Positions 11,605 to 24,621 of a DNA stretch of 64,000 nt are shown here, in pieces. The notes under the pieces are model-generated. The model saw nothing but the letters and a program-made list of their open reading frames with translations. It ran no database searches and was not told where the DNA came from. Source of the DNA: Sphyrna mokarran (lineage: Eukaryota). The number at the start of each line of letters is the position of its first letter. Position 1 is the first letter of the stretch. Location: the NCBI GenBank assembly GCA_024679065.1, contig JAGIQG010000029.1, positions 12,710,001 through 12,774,000 of the forward strand, in the 5' to 3' direction. The translations under genes were made by a program, and so were the position numbers.

Positions 11605-11975
11605 GGCACAATAGCACAACATGATGGCACAGGGGTAAAGACTGCTGCTCTCAGCACCAGGGACCTGGGTTCAATTCCAGCCTTGGAGTTTGCATGTTCC
11701 TCCTGCGTCTACGTGCATTTGCTCTGGATCCTTCGATTTCCTCCCGCACTGCAAAAATGTGCGGGTTAGGTGGATTGGCCATGCTAAATTGCCCCTTTGT
11801 GTCCAAAGATGTGTAAATTAGGGGGATAAGCAGGATAAGTGTATGTGGAAGCTTCAGGGCCACTGCTGGGGAGAGAGTGGGGTGTCAGATACACTGTCAG
11901 AGTGTATCTTACAGTGTAGATACACTGTAATTCGATACATTGAATGGCCTCCTTGTGCATTGTTGGAATTCAATG
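11605..11975 (+). mobile_element. HE1 V-SINE, tail A
   Basis: Head, V-core, GGATTGGCCATGCTAAATTGCCCC, tail GAATGGCCTCCTTGTGCATTG. Confidence 0.85.
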
Positions 11976-12974
11976 TCACAGTCAAGTGTTACAAGTGAAT
12001 TTGCCCAAGTTAGTCGAAAACTGCAAGTTGGATGGCTGGTCCTTTAAGTAACATTTTCAACGCTGTTACGATGGGTCCCTCTTGCAGCTGTATGAGTGTT
12101 CTGTGACAGACAGATGCTTTGAGTGAAGTTGCATAGATGAGATGCATGAGATGCTGTACAAAACCCCTTAAAACTGGTTGAAAGCACTGCACGTCCTCAC
12201 TTGGAGAATGACTGGCTTCCTTAGTGCCTCTTAAACCTGGTATTGTCAGACTTCTTACTTCCTTAGTGCCTTTCAGAGCTGAATTTCTCAGCCTCTGTAT
12301 TCTAGTCTGCAGCATTCAGAAATGACAATTCATGCAAATCCAACGCTAGCAAACTCCACTGCACATTCTCAGAGAGGTTGTCAGAACTGCTGCAAGCATA
12401 TCCCTTCCTGTTTTGGATTAATACGGCTAAATGTTGTATGTTTAATCATTGTCTTTCAGTTTGGGATTATTTCTGATTATAGTACTTTAGTATGCTATTG
12501 TGTAGAAAAATGATTGAGGGGAGGAGTGCCATTATTAAGGAACAGAAAAACATTTTATTGTGTGTTTATGTTTTGTCCCCTTCAAGTCCCAAGGTGAATC
12601 AGACACAGGCTGTCTCTGAGCTCGAGTTGCTTTGGGTTGAGCAGAGCCAAGTTTCACGCTAAGCAAAATTCTGGCAAACGAATAAAAATCTGCACATGCA
12701 GCAGATGGAGAGAAAGACACTTCAGTTCTTGCTGGGCAGATTAAGGACAACATGCAGAGTCCAGTTAAGTTTTAACTAAATGGCAAGCGGAAGAATGAAG
12801 GCTATTTCAATACATGTGCCAATGGAACTATATTTCCAAGTTGTAGAGCTGCAAGCTATTTACCAACCGTCCATTCAGAAATTGCAGATTGATACTGTGG
12901 GTGGATGAAGGAGGTTGAAACCAGGAAGGACTTTGTTTCTTCACTTCAGGCTTTATCTAATGTGAATCCACAAT

Positions 12975-14050
12975 TCTCATTGGATAAGTAATGGAAGAAT
13001 TGTACAGGGCATTGGTGAGACCATACATGGAGTACTATGCACAGTTTTCGTCTCCCTGTCTCAAAAAGGAAATATTGCATTGGAAGTGTACAGTGAGGGT
13101 CCACTGGATTGTTTTCTGGAATGAGAGAGCTGGCCTGTGGTGAGAATCTGAGTAAACTTGGACTCTGCTCTCCAGAGTTTAGAAGAATGAGAGGTGATCT
13201 GATATACAACATGTTGAAGGAATGAGGGGAGCTCAGCAGGTTAAATACAGTAATGCTGTTTCCCCTGGCTGGGGAATATAGAATATGAGAGCATAGTGTC
13301 AGAATATGGAGTTGACCCTTTGGAATCATAGTATCCTTACAATGCAGAAGGAGACCATTTGGCCCATTGAGTATGCACTGATTTTCCGGAAGAGTATCTC
13401 AGCCAGGCCCTTATCTCCACCTGATCCCCAAAACACTGTGCATTTACCATGGACACCAAGGGGCGATTTAGTATGGCTAATCCACCTAAGTTACACATCT
13501 TTGAACACTAAGGGGCAATTTAGCATGACTAACCCACCGAGCCGAGACATCCTTGGACAATAAGGGGCAATTTAGCATGGCTAATCCACCAAACCTACAC
13601 ATCTTTGGACGCTAAGTGGCAATGTGAGCATGACCAGTTCAGCTAACCTGCACACTTTTGAACTGGGGGAGGAAACCCATGCAGGCACAGGGAGAATGTG
13701 CAAACTTCACACAAGCTAAGGCTGAAATCAAACCTGGGTTCTGGGTGCTGTGAGGTGGCAGTGCTGACCACTGCGTCACCGTGCTACCCTGAGGACTGAG
13801 ATGAGGAGAATATCTTCCTTCAGAGGATTGCAAATCTTTTTAGTTGTGAATCCCAGAGAGATGTGGATGTTCCATCATTGAATCTGTCTTGGGCTGTGGT
13901 CAATAGATGTTTGGTCTGTCAGGAAGTCAAATAATCCGGGTTGTGGGCAAGAAAGTGGAGTTGAGGCGGAGGATCGACAATGATCGTATTGAATAGAGAT
14001 CAGGCTCGAGGGTCATTTGGTCTACTCTTATTCGTATTTCTTATATTCTT
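12975..14050 (+). mobile_element. Older CR1 LINE 3' fragment, interrupted by HE1 at 13321-13790
   Basis: TTGTACAGGGCATTGGTGAGACCATACATGGAGTACT (LYRALVRPYMEY); resumes GGACTGAGATGAGGAGAA after the SINE; CR1 tail ...TCGTATTTCTTAT. Confidence 0.85.
13321..13790 (-). mobile_element. HE1 V-SINE, tail A, with four tandem ~52-bp internal units
   Basis: GGACACTAAGGGGCAATTTAGCATGGC-type unit repeated at ~13451, 13503, 13555 and 13607. Confidence 0.9.
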
Positions 14051-14639
14051 ATTGGAACGTTTGGGAAAAGGACATTAAATAGGGAGACACCAGATGAAAA
14101 TTTTACATTATATGGGAACATTTGCAAATTAGATTTTTGTCTGCTGGGAGAACACGTCATGTATCTTGTGGCTGATTGTACACAAATTGAACCTCACTTT
14201 CTCCATTTATTAACGTCCTGTTTTGTCCCCCACCCTTTTGACAGAAGGAGGAACTGTGAAGTATACAAGGAAAATCATTGCTGTCACTTATCACAGGTTT
14301 TTAGAACCAGATTTTAGATCTTCAGCTGAAGCCTTGGTTAAATGTACTCTGTCGCCTACTGTAGACTTAGCAGCCCTGCCAAGCACTTAAAAAAAAACTA
14401 CCTCTGAGGGACTTGTTGGCAGTTACGATCTATTGGATTAATTTTGTTGTGAAGAGTGCTGCATTGTTAACAATGCAACAGGCCCAATGAAATATCGAAG
14501 CTTTGATTCCTGACTTCGCCAGTAATATCGGCAGATCTAAATTTGTTCAGCTTCTCTATATTTCTGGAATTTTCAAGAACATGACAGTTTAGAATGGGGG
14601 AATAAGGCAGTTGTGGGGTAAGGCACAACTGCCTTATGG

Positions 14640-16028
14640 GGGTAAGGCAGTTGATGTGGTAAATATGGACTTTAGTAAGGCGTTCGATAAGGTGGCCCAT
14701 GGAAGGCTTCTGCAGAAAATGCAGATGTATGGGATAGAGGGTGATTTAGCTAATTGGATTAGGAATTAGCTAGCAGATAGAAGACAGAGGGTGGTGGTTG
14801 ATGGGAGATATTCATCGTGGAGTTCGGTTACAAGTGGTGTACCTCAGGGGTCTGTTTTGGGGCCCCTGCTGTTTGTAATTTTTATAAATGATCTGGATGA
14901 GGGTATTGAAGGATGGATTAGTAAATTTGCGGATGACACCAAAGTCGGTGGAGTGGTAGATAGTGAAGAGGGGTGTTATAGTTTGCAGAGAGACTTGGAC
15001 AAGTTGCAGAGCTGGGCCGAGAGGTGGCAAATGGAGTTTAATGTGGAAAAGTGTGAGGTAATGCACTTTGGCAGGAATAATAAATGTGTAGAGTATACGG
15101 CTAATAGAACATAGAACATTACAGCACAGAACAGGCCCTTTGGCCTTCGATGTTGCGCCGACGAATATAAAAAGCAATGCCCCTCCAAACTAAACCATTC
15201 CCTTCTCTTCCATATACTTATCAACTAACCTCTTAAACGCCACCAAACTTGGCGCATCTACAACTGCTGCAGGCAGGGCATTCCACTCACGAACCACCCT
15301 TTGGGTAAAGAATGGTAGGATTCTTAATAGTGTTGATGAACAGAGGGATCTTGGTGTATATGTGCATAGATCCCTGAAAGTAGGCAGTCAAGTCGATAAG
15401 GTTGTCAAGAAGGCATGCGGAGTCTTAGCTTTTATTGGTAGGGGGATTGAATTTCGGAGCCGCAACGTCATGTTGCAACTGTACAAAACTCTAGTGCGGC
15501 CGCACTTGGAGTATTGTGTGCAGTTCTGGTCCCCACATTATAAGAAAGATGTGGAGGCATTGGAGAGGGTACAGAGGAGGTTTACCAGGATGTTGCCTGG
15601 TATGGAGGCAGGTCTTATGAAGAGAGGCTGAGGGATTAGGTTGTTTTCGTTAGAAAGGAGGCGGCTAAGAGGGGACCTTATTGAAACATATAAGATGATT
15701 AGAGGTTTAGATAGGGTGGACAGTGATAGCCTTTTTCCTAGGATGGAGAAAGCTAGCACGAGGGGACACAGCTTTAAATTAAGGGGTGATAGTTATAGGA
15801 CAGATATCAGAGGTAGGTTCTTTACCCAAAGGGTGGTTAGGGAGTGGAATGCCCTGCCTGCGGCAGTTGTAATCGCCAAGTTTGGTGGCGTTTAAGAGGT
15901 TAGTTGATAAGTTTATGGAAGAGAAGGGAATGGTTTAGTTTGGAGGGTCATTGCTTTTTTTTTTCATAATTGGTCGGCGCAACATCGAAGGCCGAAGGGC
16001 CTGTTCTGCGCTGTAATGTTCTATGTTC
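14640..16028 (+). mobile_element. Young CR1 LINE (family A), 5'-truncated RT plus 3' UTR
   Basis: ORFs [61 protein letters not shown] and LERRRLRGDLIETYK; terminus GGCCGAAGGGCCTGTTCTGCGCTGTAATGTTCTATGTTCTA. Confidence 0.95.
15106..15312 (-). mobile_element. CR1 family A 3' end nested in inverse orientation inside the family A copy
   Basis: Near-exact reverse complement of ~15816-16028; the host frame EYTAN|GRILNS is restored when it is removed; AAT at both junctions (15103-15105, 15311-15313). Confidence 0.95.
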
Positions 16029-16121
16029 TAATAAAAGATTTCCATGTTTTTCTGAGAAAAGTGAGTCACTCTCAATTGAGCATTGTAAATTCCATCACTA
16101 TCATCAAATAACCCATGTTCA

Positions 16122-16385
16122 CAAATCATAGAATCTCTACTTTGCAGGAGTCTGCACCAACTTTTCAACAGAGCACCTACCCAGGACTCATCTTTATAAC
16201 TCCACATAATGACCTCACTAGTCCCCCAAACCCATACATCCTGGGACACTAAGGGGCAATTTAACTTGGACAATCAATTTAACGAGTAACCAGAGTGAAC
16301 ACACAAGAGGCAGGGGATCCCTGGCACTGTGTGGCACCTGTGCCAGCCACTGTGAGGCACCTGTGCCAACCACTGTGCCTGTTGG
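16122..16385 (-). mobile_element. HE1 V-SINE, tail A, internally deleted
   Basis: AATCATAGAATC... GGACACTAAGGGGCAATTTA ... CCTGGCACTGTG. Confidence 0.7.
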
Positions 16386-17364
16386 CAAATGTTTCAGATT
16401 CAGAGTTTCCAATCAGATTCTGGATTGCTGACTGTTTGTTTGGGTAAATCTGCTAACAATGTGACGAGATTTTCTCTAAGTTGTAAACTCTTGCACGGCC
16501 AAGTATAGTCAGCTGAGGTTCAAAGATTCAAATGTAAATGTGCTGCGTGGTTAACTAATTTCCTTTTTATGTATCCCTCTCAAAAAGGCAAATGAAAACA
16601 AACTTCTTCCTTTGGCAATGCAATAGGAATCATAGGGCCATAAGGAAAGTCTCCTCATCATTGAATGGGGGATCCCAATTAACTCGAGTTCATTAGTTGT
16701 TCCACAGCTGAGATGAAAGTTGCAAATGTTGAAGATTGCCTTCTGTACTTTGTTTGCTCGACAAATGAAAACTGTTGAGTTATAGCAAATAAAGTTCAAT
16801 GTTCAGGTCAAAATTTGTGTGCACGTGGAAATAATGAAATTACAAGATGTAATTTCAGTGACATGTTCTCAATTTTTCCTGAACAGTTTTTTTTTTGTTT
16901 TAATTTCCAATTGGAAAAAGAAATTCCAATCGTGAACTCCCCTTCCATTCAGACGATCAGTCAACTCATAATAATGGTGCTAAGGAAAGCTCAGCTGTGC
17001 CAACAGAAGATAAAAGCTCGGTAAAACCTCAAAAGGGGAAATGGATTCATTGTGGATGGATAGACATGTGTGCAGAGATGTAATTTGCAGAATTTGGAAG
17101 GCTGCGTGAACTGCCAGCTTTCTTATCCCAGTTTGATGTCCTTGCACCATCTGTTCCAGCCTTTCTTATGCACTCAGCCATTCTCTCTTTGTTTATTACC
17201 AAGGCTTACAGTAGTCAATGTTTATGGGGGATGCAGTGTTTATTAACTGTAATAAATACTCACATATCTAATGGAACCAGGGAGGAAAAGCAGTCTTACA
17301 GTGTGTTTATCGTCCAGGAACTGAATTGAGAATTGTATGCTGAGATTTAAGTCAGTGGAGCCAA

Positions 17365-17815
17365 GGAAACATAGAAAGTAAGAGCAGGAGACAGCCATTT
17401 AGTCCTTCAAGCCTGCTCTGCCGTTCGTTTTGATCATAGCCGATCATCACAATCAATATCCTGAGACCATCCTCCCCCATATCCCTTGAGCCCTTTAGCT
17501 ACATCGAATTTTTGTTTGAAATTACACAATGTTTTGGCCTCTTTCTGTGGTAGTGAATTCCATAGATTCCCCACTCTCTGGATGAAGAAATTTCTCCTCA
17601 CCTCAGTCTTAAAAGGTTATCCCTTATCCTCACTATGTGACCTCTAATTCTGGGCTCCCTGAACCATTGGGAACATGCTTTCTGAATCTAATCCTGTTAG
17701 AATTCTATAAGTTTCTATGAGATCCTCTCTCACTCTTTTAAATTTGAATAAGTACAATTCTAATCAACTTAGACTTTCCTTACATATGAATGATTTCCTG
17801 CCATCCCAGGAATCA
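17365..17815 (-). mobile_element. CR1 LINE 3' fragment (same family as 1190-1680 and 26888-27830)
   Basis: GAAACATAGAAAGTAAGAGCAGGAG...GCCATTTAGTCCTTCAAGCCTGC tail through CCTGCCATCCCAGGAATC. Confidence 0.85.
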
Positions 17816-18204
17816 TTCACGTGTCTGACAGGAATCAACACAGAAGGAGGTAAGAGAATCATTGTGCCTAAATACCAACTCTTGGTTGAGCTATCCACTT
17901 GTTCTCATCCATTGCTTTCTCGTCATAATTCTGCATATCCCCCACTTGTCAGCTCCCTGATGAAAGTTGCTGTTGAATCTGGCTCCATCAGATGACAACA
18001 GCTTGTTGTACAAAAATAATTTTCTTCATACCACCTCTTTTTTCTTTGCCAGTTAGCTTAAATCACCAATTTAGCGTGAACCGGAAGAGTCAGGCAATAT
18101 GAGTGAGATCTACCTGTGTGGAAGTTGTGTCAAATGGTTGAAAACTCAATGCTTGGATATTGTGCTGGATAAAAAAAAAAGCTCTTTAAACGAGGGTGCT
18201 GAAT

Positions 18205-19052
18205 GGGCAGAATTCTTTCGACAGCACTATTTTCCACCCTGCTACCAGAGAAATTGGCAGGGAATGCATCCCTGCCAATCAGTGATGGCCTGCAGCCATT
18301 TAATAGTTGGCAACTCTGGAGTGTCAGCAGCGCCCAGCTGGAGCAGTGGTGGCTGCTGGAACTACAAGATGTACCATCCAGTCAAAATGCTGGAGCCCCA
18401 GTCTGGGGTCCTGCAGAGGAGAGGGGAAGGGAGGCGCGGGGTGGGGAGATAGCAGCTCATGCTCTGAAGGTCAGACAGGAAAGATTGGCTTGATGGGCCC
18501 AGACCTTGGGGGTTGGAGTGGAGCAGAACATAGAATTCCTACAGTGCAGAAGCAGGTCACTCAGCCCATTGGGTCTGCACCCAATCACAATTCCACCTGG
18601 GCCATAATTACTCTCTAGTCCCCTGACACTGGGGTCAATATAGAATGGCCAATCAACCTAACCCACAAATCTATCAATGGACTGTGAGAGGAAACTGGAG
18701 CAACTAGAGGAAATCTACACAGACACAGGCAGAAGGTGCAAGCTCCACGCAGGCAGTAACCCAAGGCCAGAATTGAACTCAGGAGGGCCCTGGTGCTGTG
18801 AGGCAACAGTGCTAACCACTATGCCTACCAGAGGATTGTGGGGATGAATGGCAGAATGGTGGGCCATAATGTTACTTGGATGAGATTTTGAAAGGCAGTT
18901 AGTATGAAAGTATGTACCAGAACCACTCCCACCTCTTGCTTGCAGTCCAAATGGGACAACCAGTCAGACATGAGATTTAAAGGGAGGTTTAAATGGCGTG
19001 ACACATCTTCCATGGGGGGTCCATGCCACGGTGGGGCTATAAAACCCTGGCT
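18205..19052. mobile_element. Harbinger-type non-autonomous DNA element, interrupted by HE1
   Basis: Starts GGGCAGAATTCT and ends ...TAAAACCCTGGCT; GC-rich interior like the other MITEs here. Confidence 0.45.
18525..18826 (-). mobile_element. HE1 V-SINE, tail A
   Basis: CATAGAATTCCTACAGTGCAGAAG ... GTGCTGTGAGGCAACAGTGCTAACCACTATGCC. Confidence 0.9.
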
Positions 19053-19554
19053 GATGTTTTCAGGGAACTTTTTTTTGTCTTGCTGTGTTTAGCTCAGTTC
19101 TGACAATGTGAACTGTGGCTGTGAACTTCAGAAACAATTGAAGAAGGAGAAGGTTTTTCCAATGGTTTGCCGCAGAAATCAATATTTCAGATGCTTTAAT
19201 TGAAGTTTAATACCAGTATTGAAAATGGATCATCTCCCAGGGATTAGCCATATAAATTCACAATAAAAGGAGCAATTTGATGTACAGGATGCGATGTTTG
19301 CTGCAAGATATTCACTTGCAGAGACCATCAATCTTAGCCTTCATCTTGGCATTTGAGTCGGTCTTTCACAGACTCTATGGGGAACATACAAAATTTAATT
19401 GCTGAAACAACATCAGGAAGTACGTTTAGATCACTGCAGCTTATCAGTACAGAAAGAGGCCTAACTTAAACAAAAATTGCCTGAATTAGCTCTCGGTAAA
19501 TACGTTAAATAAAAGAAAATATAAAATACTAAAAATATCCATCAGTCAACAGCC

Positions 19555-20150
19555 TGGGGTTAGGCGACCATTGACCAAAAGCTGAACTGGGCTAATGTAT
19601 AAATACTGAGGCTACAAGAGCAGGTCAAAGGTTAGGAATCTTGCAGACAGTAACCCATCTCCTGGTCTCAGAAATGTGATTGAGTATTCTCTACTTGTCT
19701 GGATGAGTGCACTCCAACAACACACAAGGAACTCAACACCATATAAGATGAAGCAGCCCACTTGATTGGCATCACCTTACATTTTGACACCACTGACACA
19801 GCATGTGTATCATCTACGTGATGCAGCAATTCACCTATCAAACCCATGACCAATTCAATCTAGAAGGACAATAGCAACAGATACATGGGAACGCACCACC
19901 TACAAGTTCCCCTCCAAGCCATTCACCATCCTGACGTGGAAATATATCACTGTTCCTTGCGGAATCAAAATTCTGGAATTCCCTCCTTAACCATATGGTG
20001 GGTCAACCCACAGCATGTGAACTGCAGTGATTCAACAAAGCAGCTCACCACCACCTTCTCAAGGGCAATTAGGGATGAGCAATAAATGCTGACCAGCCAG
20101 CGATGCCCATGTCCCACGAATGAATAAAAAAAAATGCACTGCAGCAACAC
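19555..20150 (+). mobile_element. CR1/L2-group LINE 3' fragment (second degenerate tail copy ~20150-20430)
   Basis: ACCATTGACCAAAAGCTGAACTGG...GGCTACAAGAGCAGGTCAAAGGTTAGGAATCTTG (TIDQKLNW...ATRAGQRLGIL); tail CAGCTCACCACCACCTTCTCAAGGGCAATTAGGGATGAGCAATAAATGCT...GAATGAATAAAAAAAA. Confidence 0.8.
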
Positions 20151-21204
20151 ACCAAGGTTCCTTCAACAGCATCTTCCAAACCTATGACCTCTGCCATCTA
20201 AAAGGGCAAGTACAGTTAATGTTTGGGAACACCGCCACTTTGATGTTCCCCTCCAAGCCACAAACTATCCTGATTAAAATCCTGGAATTTTCTTCTGAAT
20301 TGCACTGTGGGTCTATCTAGACCACGTGGACTGCTGCAACTCAAGAAGGAACTCACAATCATTCTCAAGAGCAATTGAGATGGGTAATAAATGTTGGTCA
20401 CTCCAGGAATGCCATCTTCCAAAAATGAATTCATAGAAAATAAACCCTAGGCAGGACCCACGAGCTCCCTTCTCTTTGCCAGATTCTCCAATCTTCCCAC
20501 TTTCCCTGCCAATGAACTGAAACCAAGCACACGCCCTCTGGACCCATTTTTTTTTCAATTGTCTCATTGACATCCTCAATTGCCTTGTGCCATCATTTCT
20601 ATAATATTTAAACATTCCTTCCCTGTCACAGACCTTTCTTTTTCATCTTGTATTCCTTCCCTTTCTCTCTCCTGACTCTACGTTTGCTTAAAGTCATTTG
20701 ATTCTGAGCAAATTCCAGTTCTCATGTAAGCTCATTGACCTGAAACATTAGCTGGAATTTTATGTCTCCTGAGAGTGAGCTGGCAGCTAACATTGGTGCC
20801 AGGATGAGAGTACTGTTTTTTGCCCACTTCCACAGATACTTTCCCAATGGTAGAGTAGACTTTGACTATCCTGCTCTCAGTTAGGCCAACTGAACATGAA
20901 TATCAAGGTTACCAGCTAAGATCTGACAGCTGTTTTGCAAATGGGGGGAAGGTGGAGACAGAACCCAATCAGACCTGACCTGATCCGACCCTTCTGCCTA
21001 GGCACCCTGTGCCCTATGGAAGCCTGATCTATCTCCTTTAGGTGTTTCTCATTCTTCCTCTTACTGCTTCCCTTTTTGCCAGAACCTGCCAGATTGGCCC
21101 TGATGTAACCCTGAACACACCTGACACTGTGGCTTCTCTTTGAGAGAGACTGTCTTTACCACCACCTTTGGTGGTTTCTCTCTATGATATTGCTGGAACT
21201 TAAG

Positions 21205-21485
21205 ACCTTAGAATTCTAGAATCCCTACAATGCATACAGTTCTGCCCATCGAGTCTGCATCGATTCTCCGATAGAGCCCATGTATTTACCCCACAAATTC
21301 CCTCACTAACAGATGTTGGGACACTAAGGGGCAATTTAGCATGGCCAATCCACCTAACCTGCAGATCTTTAGAGTGTGGGAGGAAGCTGGAGCACCCGGA
21401 AGAAACCAAAGCAGACACGGAGAGAACGTGCAAACTCTGCACAGTTTGTCCAAAACTGGAATTGAACCCAGGTCCCTGGCGCCAA
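21205..21485 (-). mobile_element. HE1 V-SINE, tail A, inside a Harbinger-like element (~20750-21660)
   Basis: CTAGAATCCCTAC ... GGAGCACCCGGAAGAAACC ... GAACCCAGGTCCCTGGCGC. Confidence 0.85.
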
Positions 21486-22204
21486 GGATTTGTTAGCTAT
21501 TTGATGAGTTGACAGCTCTTGGAGGTGGGACTTCCTCGCAGATGGGAGCGGGGTGGGAGGAGGGTTCACCGTGAGCCAATTAACAGCCCAATGATTGTTA
21601 ATTTGCAATGGGGTCATCCGGCCTAGTGGATGTAGGTTCACCATCGACTTTAGAACCAGTGGCATGACCATGACTCTGCAAAACATTATCTCTAATTCTC
21701 TCTTTCCAAAAATGTTGACTTGTCTGCTGAGTATTTCTGATCTATATTTTGTATCTCAGATCTGGAAGAATGCAGTAGGTTGCTTTTAATAACCCTAAGT
21801 ATATCCTGTGCTGTGGCCTCCATTTTCCTTTGTTTATCCAAGTGCTGTGTCTATTTAGCTGGAAATTAAATTTGCAATTTTTCTTGATTAAGTTGAACAG
21901 TAACTTGAATTTGTGGTGACAGCTGAATATTCGCTCATGTTCGGTGAAGTGTTAGATGAATTGCATGGTCCCTGAGTGTTGGTATTACTCTGCAGCAGTA
22001 TTCAAGAGATCCAGCACAACTCTGAAACATGCACTGTAATCCCACGCAACCTAAACAACTGATAGCTATAACGTCTTTTTGAGTGCACAATTTAAACATT
22101 TATTTCACCAATATTAAAAATACATCCACTTGAGGACACTGTGCATTAAGAAATATGTCTAGATATTTGCTGATATTACATTCTAATATGATTGACATTT
22201 TTCA

Positions 22205-22460
22205 TGATGGCACAGTGATTAGCACTGCTGCCTCACAGTGCCAGGAACCCGGGTTTGATTTTGGCTTGAGTTATTGTCTGTGTGATGTTTGCACATTCTC
22301 CCTTGTCTGCATGGGTTTCCTCCGGGTGCTTTGGTTTCAACCCACAACCTGAATGTACCCTGATTAGATGCATTGAACCACAGTGTAGCGACTATGAACT
22401 TCACAGAAGTTCATTGCAATGTTAATGTAAACCTTACTTGTGACTAATAAATAAAAGTTA
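22205..22460 (+). mobile_element. HE1-type V-SINE, tail B
   Basis: Head, core and CTTGTGACTAATAAATAAA. Confidence 0.85.
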
Positions 22461-22844
22461 ACTGAACATATTTAATTGAAAAGCTCTCCAGGTCCAATAA
22501 TCCAACTCAATTAGACTTTATTTTTGTTTTTTCTGAAATGCTGAGCAATACTAAATTATACCAAACCATTTTAATTTTAAATCTTTCCTTGTCTAAGTCT
22601 GCTCTGGTGGCAAGTTATTCATCCACTTGAAATATTTTATTGGAAAATAATTAAATTAAAGTCAGCTGCTCCATTTAACTATGCTTCGTACATGTCTTTG
22701 GCTTTAGAAAATATTGCAAATTATTTTGTCCATCCAAATAGTATAATACTCTGTTTCAATTCACCTTGTAATCTGTCTTAGAATCTACTTTGAAAACAAG
22801 ATGAACTTTAACTGTATATCAGTTAAGAGATGAATTAGAACCAA

Positions 22845-23170
22845 ATAATCTATACAGTGCAGAAAGGGGCCATTCGGTTCTTCAAGCCTGTACTGACAAC
22901 AATCCCACCCAGGCCCTAACCCCGTAATCCCGTGTTTTATTGCCTAGGACTTCCCCCTTCCTCTTGAACTAAGAGGCAACTTAGCATGTTCATCCATTTA
23001 AGCTGCACACATCTGAGCCATGAGAGGAAACTGGAGCATCCAGAACAAACCCACACAGACACAGGGAGAATGTGCAAACTCTACACAGACAGTCATGCAA
23101 GGTTGAAATTAAACCCGGATCCCTGGCACTGTGAGGCAACAGTGCTGACCATTGTGCCACCATGCTGCCT
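22845..23170 (-). mobile_element. HE1 V-SINE, tail A
   Basis: ACAGTGCAGAAAGGGGCCATTCGG ... GGCACTGTGAGGCAACAGTGCTGACCATTGTGCCACC. Confidence 0.9.
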
Positions 23171-23396
23171 TTGAATGAGGTATTCCTTCATGGAGATTGG
23201 CAGGTCAAAAACCAATTTTTATGGAATTGTCTTTTCCAATGGTGTTCACTTCACACAATGAGATACGTATGCAGAGATGCATGGGGCTTGTAGGCTGTGA
23301 CACAGAACATCCAACAGAAGCAGGGTAGCTGGGGCCAGTTGTTCAGCTTAGCCAAAGTTCCTACTGCGTGGCCTGCGCCTCAGATGTAATCATATT

Positions 23397-23520
23397 GGAC
23401 AGAATTCTCCGGCTGCGTGCTGGTCTCAAAGACAGAAATTCCCACCCGACTGTCAATGGGGTTTCACAACATACCCACTGAAATTCCAGTGGTAGGTGGG
23501 ATAGGAGAATTCCGGTTTCA
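23397..23520. mobile_element. Harbinger-type MITE
   Basis: GGACAGAATTCTCC ... GGAGAATTCCGGTT inverted termini. Confidence 0.6.
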
Positions 23521-24324
23521 ACAAGCCAGAGGCCTGGGTCACATGACCCCACTTAAGCACCAGGTATTGAACAAAAGATGTGTATTTTGACTGGGTCCAA
23601 ACACTGCTAAACGTCCTTGTCATTATTAGTTGACAGTAATGTTTGAGGGGTTCTTTCTTCTTAGCAGACACTTAGGCTGCAGAGTTATCCATCTGGGTCA
23701 TCAGGTGAAATGGCCTTTGTGAAGTTGAGCTATGTACTTCCCAGGTGGCTGTTAGTGACTCCTCAGAGATAACGAGATGCGAGTTTCTCCAAAATTCTAA
23801 AGTGGTTTATTTTATTCCGGGGTCACGAGGGTTTTGGTCAGCCAAAGTTCAGTTTTAAAATTTAGGGATAACAATGAGAGTGAGTGTGTATGTGTATCTG
23901 TGCGTGTGTATGTAAATAATTTACAATATGAGGTCTTAGTCCATCACGTTGCAATAATTCCAACCGGTGGAGAATTTTTTCCTTGATTGCCACTTATTTC
24001 AGTTTTTCTAGGGGACTTTGGAAGCATGCTCAGTTGAATGCCACATTGATGGCAAGAGCAGTCACTTTTATTTTAGCTCAGCCCTTGACCTGAGTTTTTT
24101 TGTCCATACTTAAATAAAGGCTGTAATGAGTTCTGGAGGTAAGTGACCTTGGCAGAGTCACTCTTCACTTCAAATTGATATGCAAGTTCTAACAGAGAGA
24201 TCTATATTCCACTGCTGTTAAATATTCTTGCTAATATTCCCTTTATGAAAACAACACTTCATTTTTCATATTACTTTTATTTTCTCCTGAAAGCTTTATT
24301 TAAAATAAAATCTTGGATTTTTTC

Positions 24325-24600
24325 CTCCACTGCTGCCTCACCACACCAGGGACCCCAGTTCAATTCCAACTTGGATCACTGTCTGTGCAAAGTTTGCATG
24401 TTCTTGCCATGGGTTTCCTCTGGGTATTCTGGCTTCCTTCCACATCCGAAAGGTGTGCTGATTATGTGGACTGGCCATGTTAATTTTTTCCTCAGTGTAC
24501 CCAAAGAGGTGCCAGAGTGTGGCAATTAGGGGACTTTCTCAGCAACTTTGTTGCAGTGTTAAAGTAAGCCCACTTGTGACACTAACAAATAAACTTTGTG
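24325..24600 (+). mobile_element. HE1-type V-SINE, tail B
   Basis: CACTGCTGCCTCAC...core...GTAAGCCCACTTGTGACACTAACAAATAAACTTT. Confidence 0.85.
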
Positions 24601-24621
24601 GTCCAAAATCCTTCTCCTCCT

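Noticed and set aside
12570-12770. Possible exon after TTTTGTCCCCTTCAAG
   Set aside because: All three + frames hit stops early, no recognisable peptide and no good donor.
19075-19205. Possible exon after a pyrimidine tract (LSSDNVNCGCELQKQLKKEK)
   Set aside because: No consensus donor and no recognised homology.
23255-23880. Possible solo LTR (TGTGAC...GGGATAACA) with ACAATGAGA at both sides
   Set aside because: Termini and the duplication do not line up into a consistent TSD, and there is no second copy in the window.
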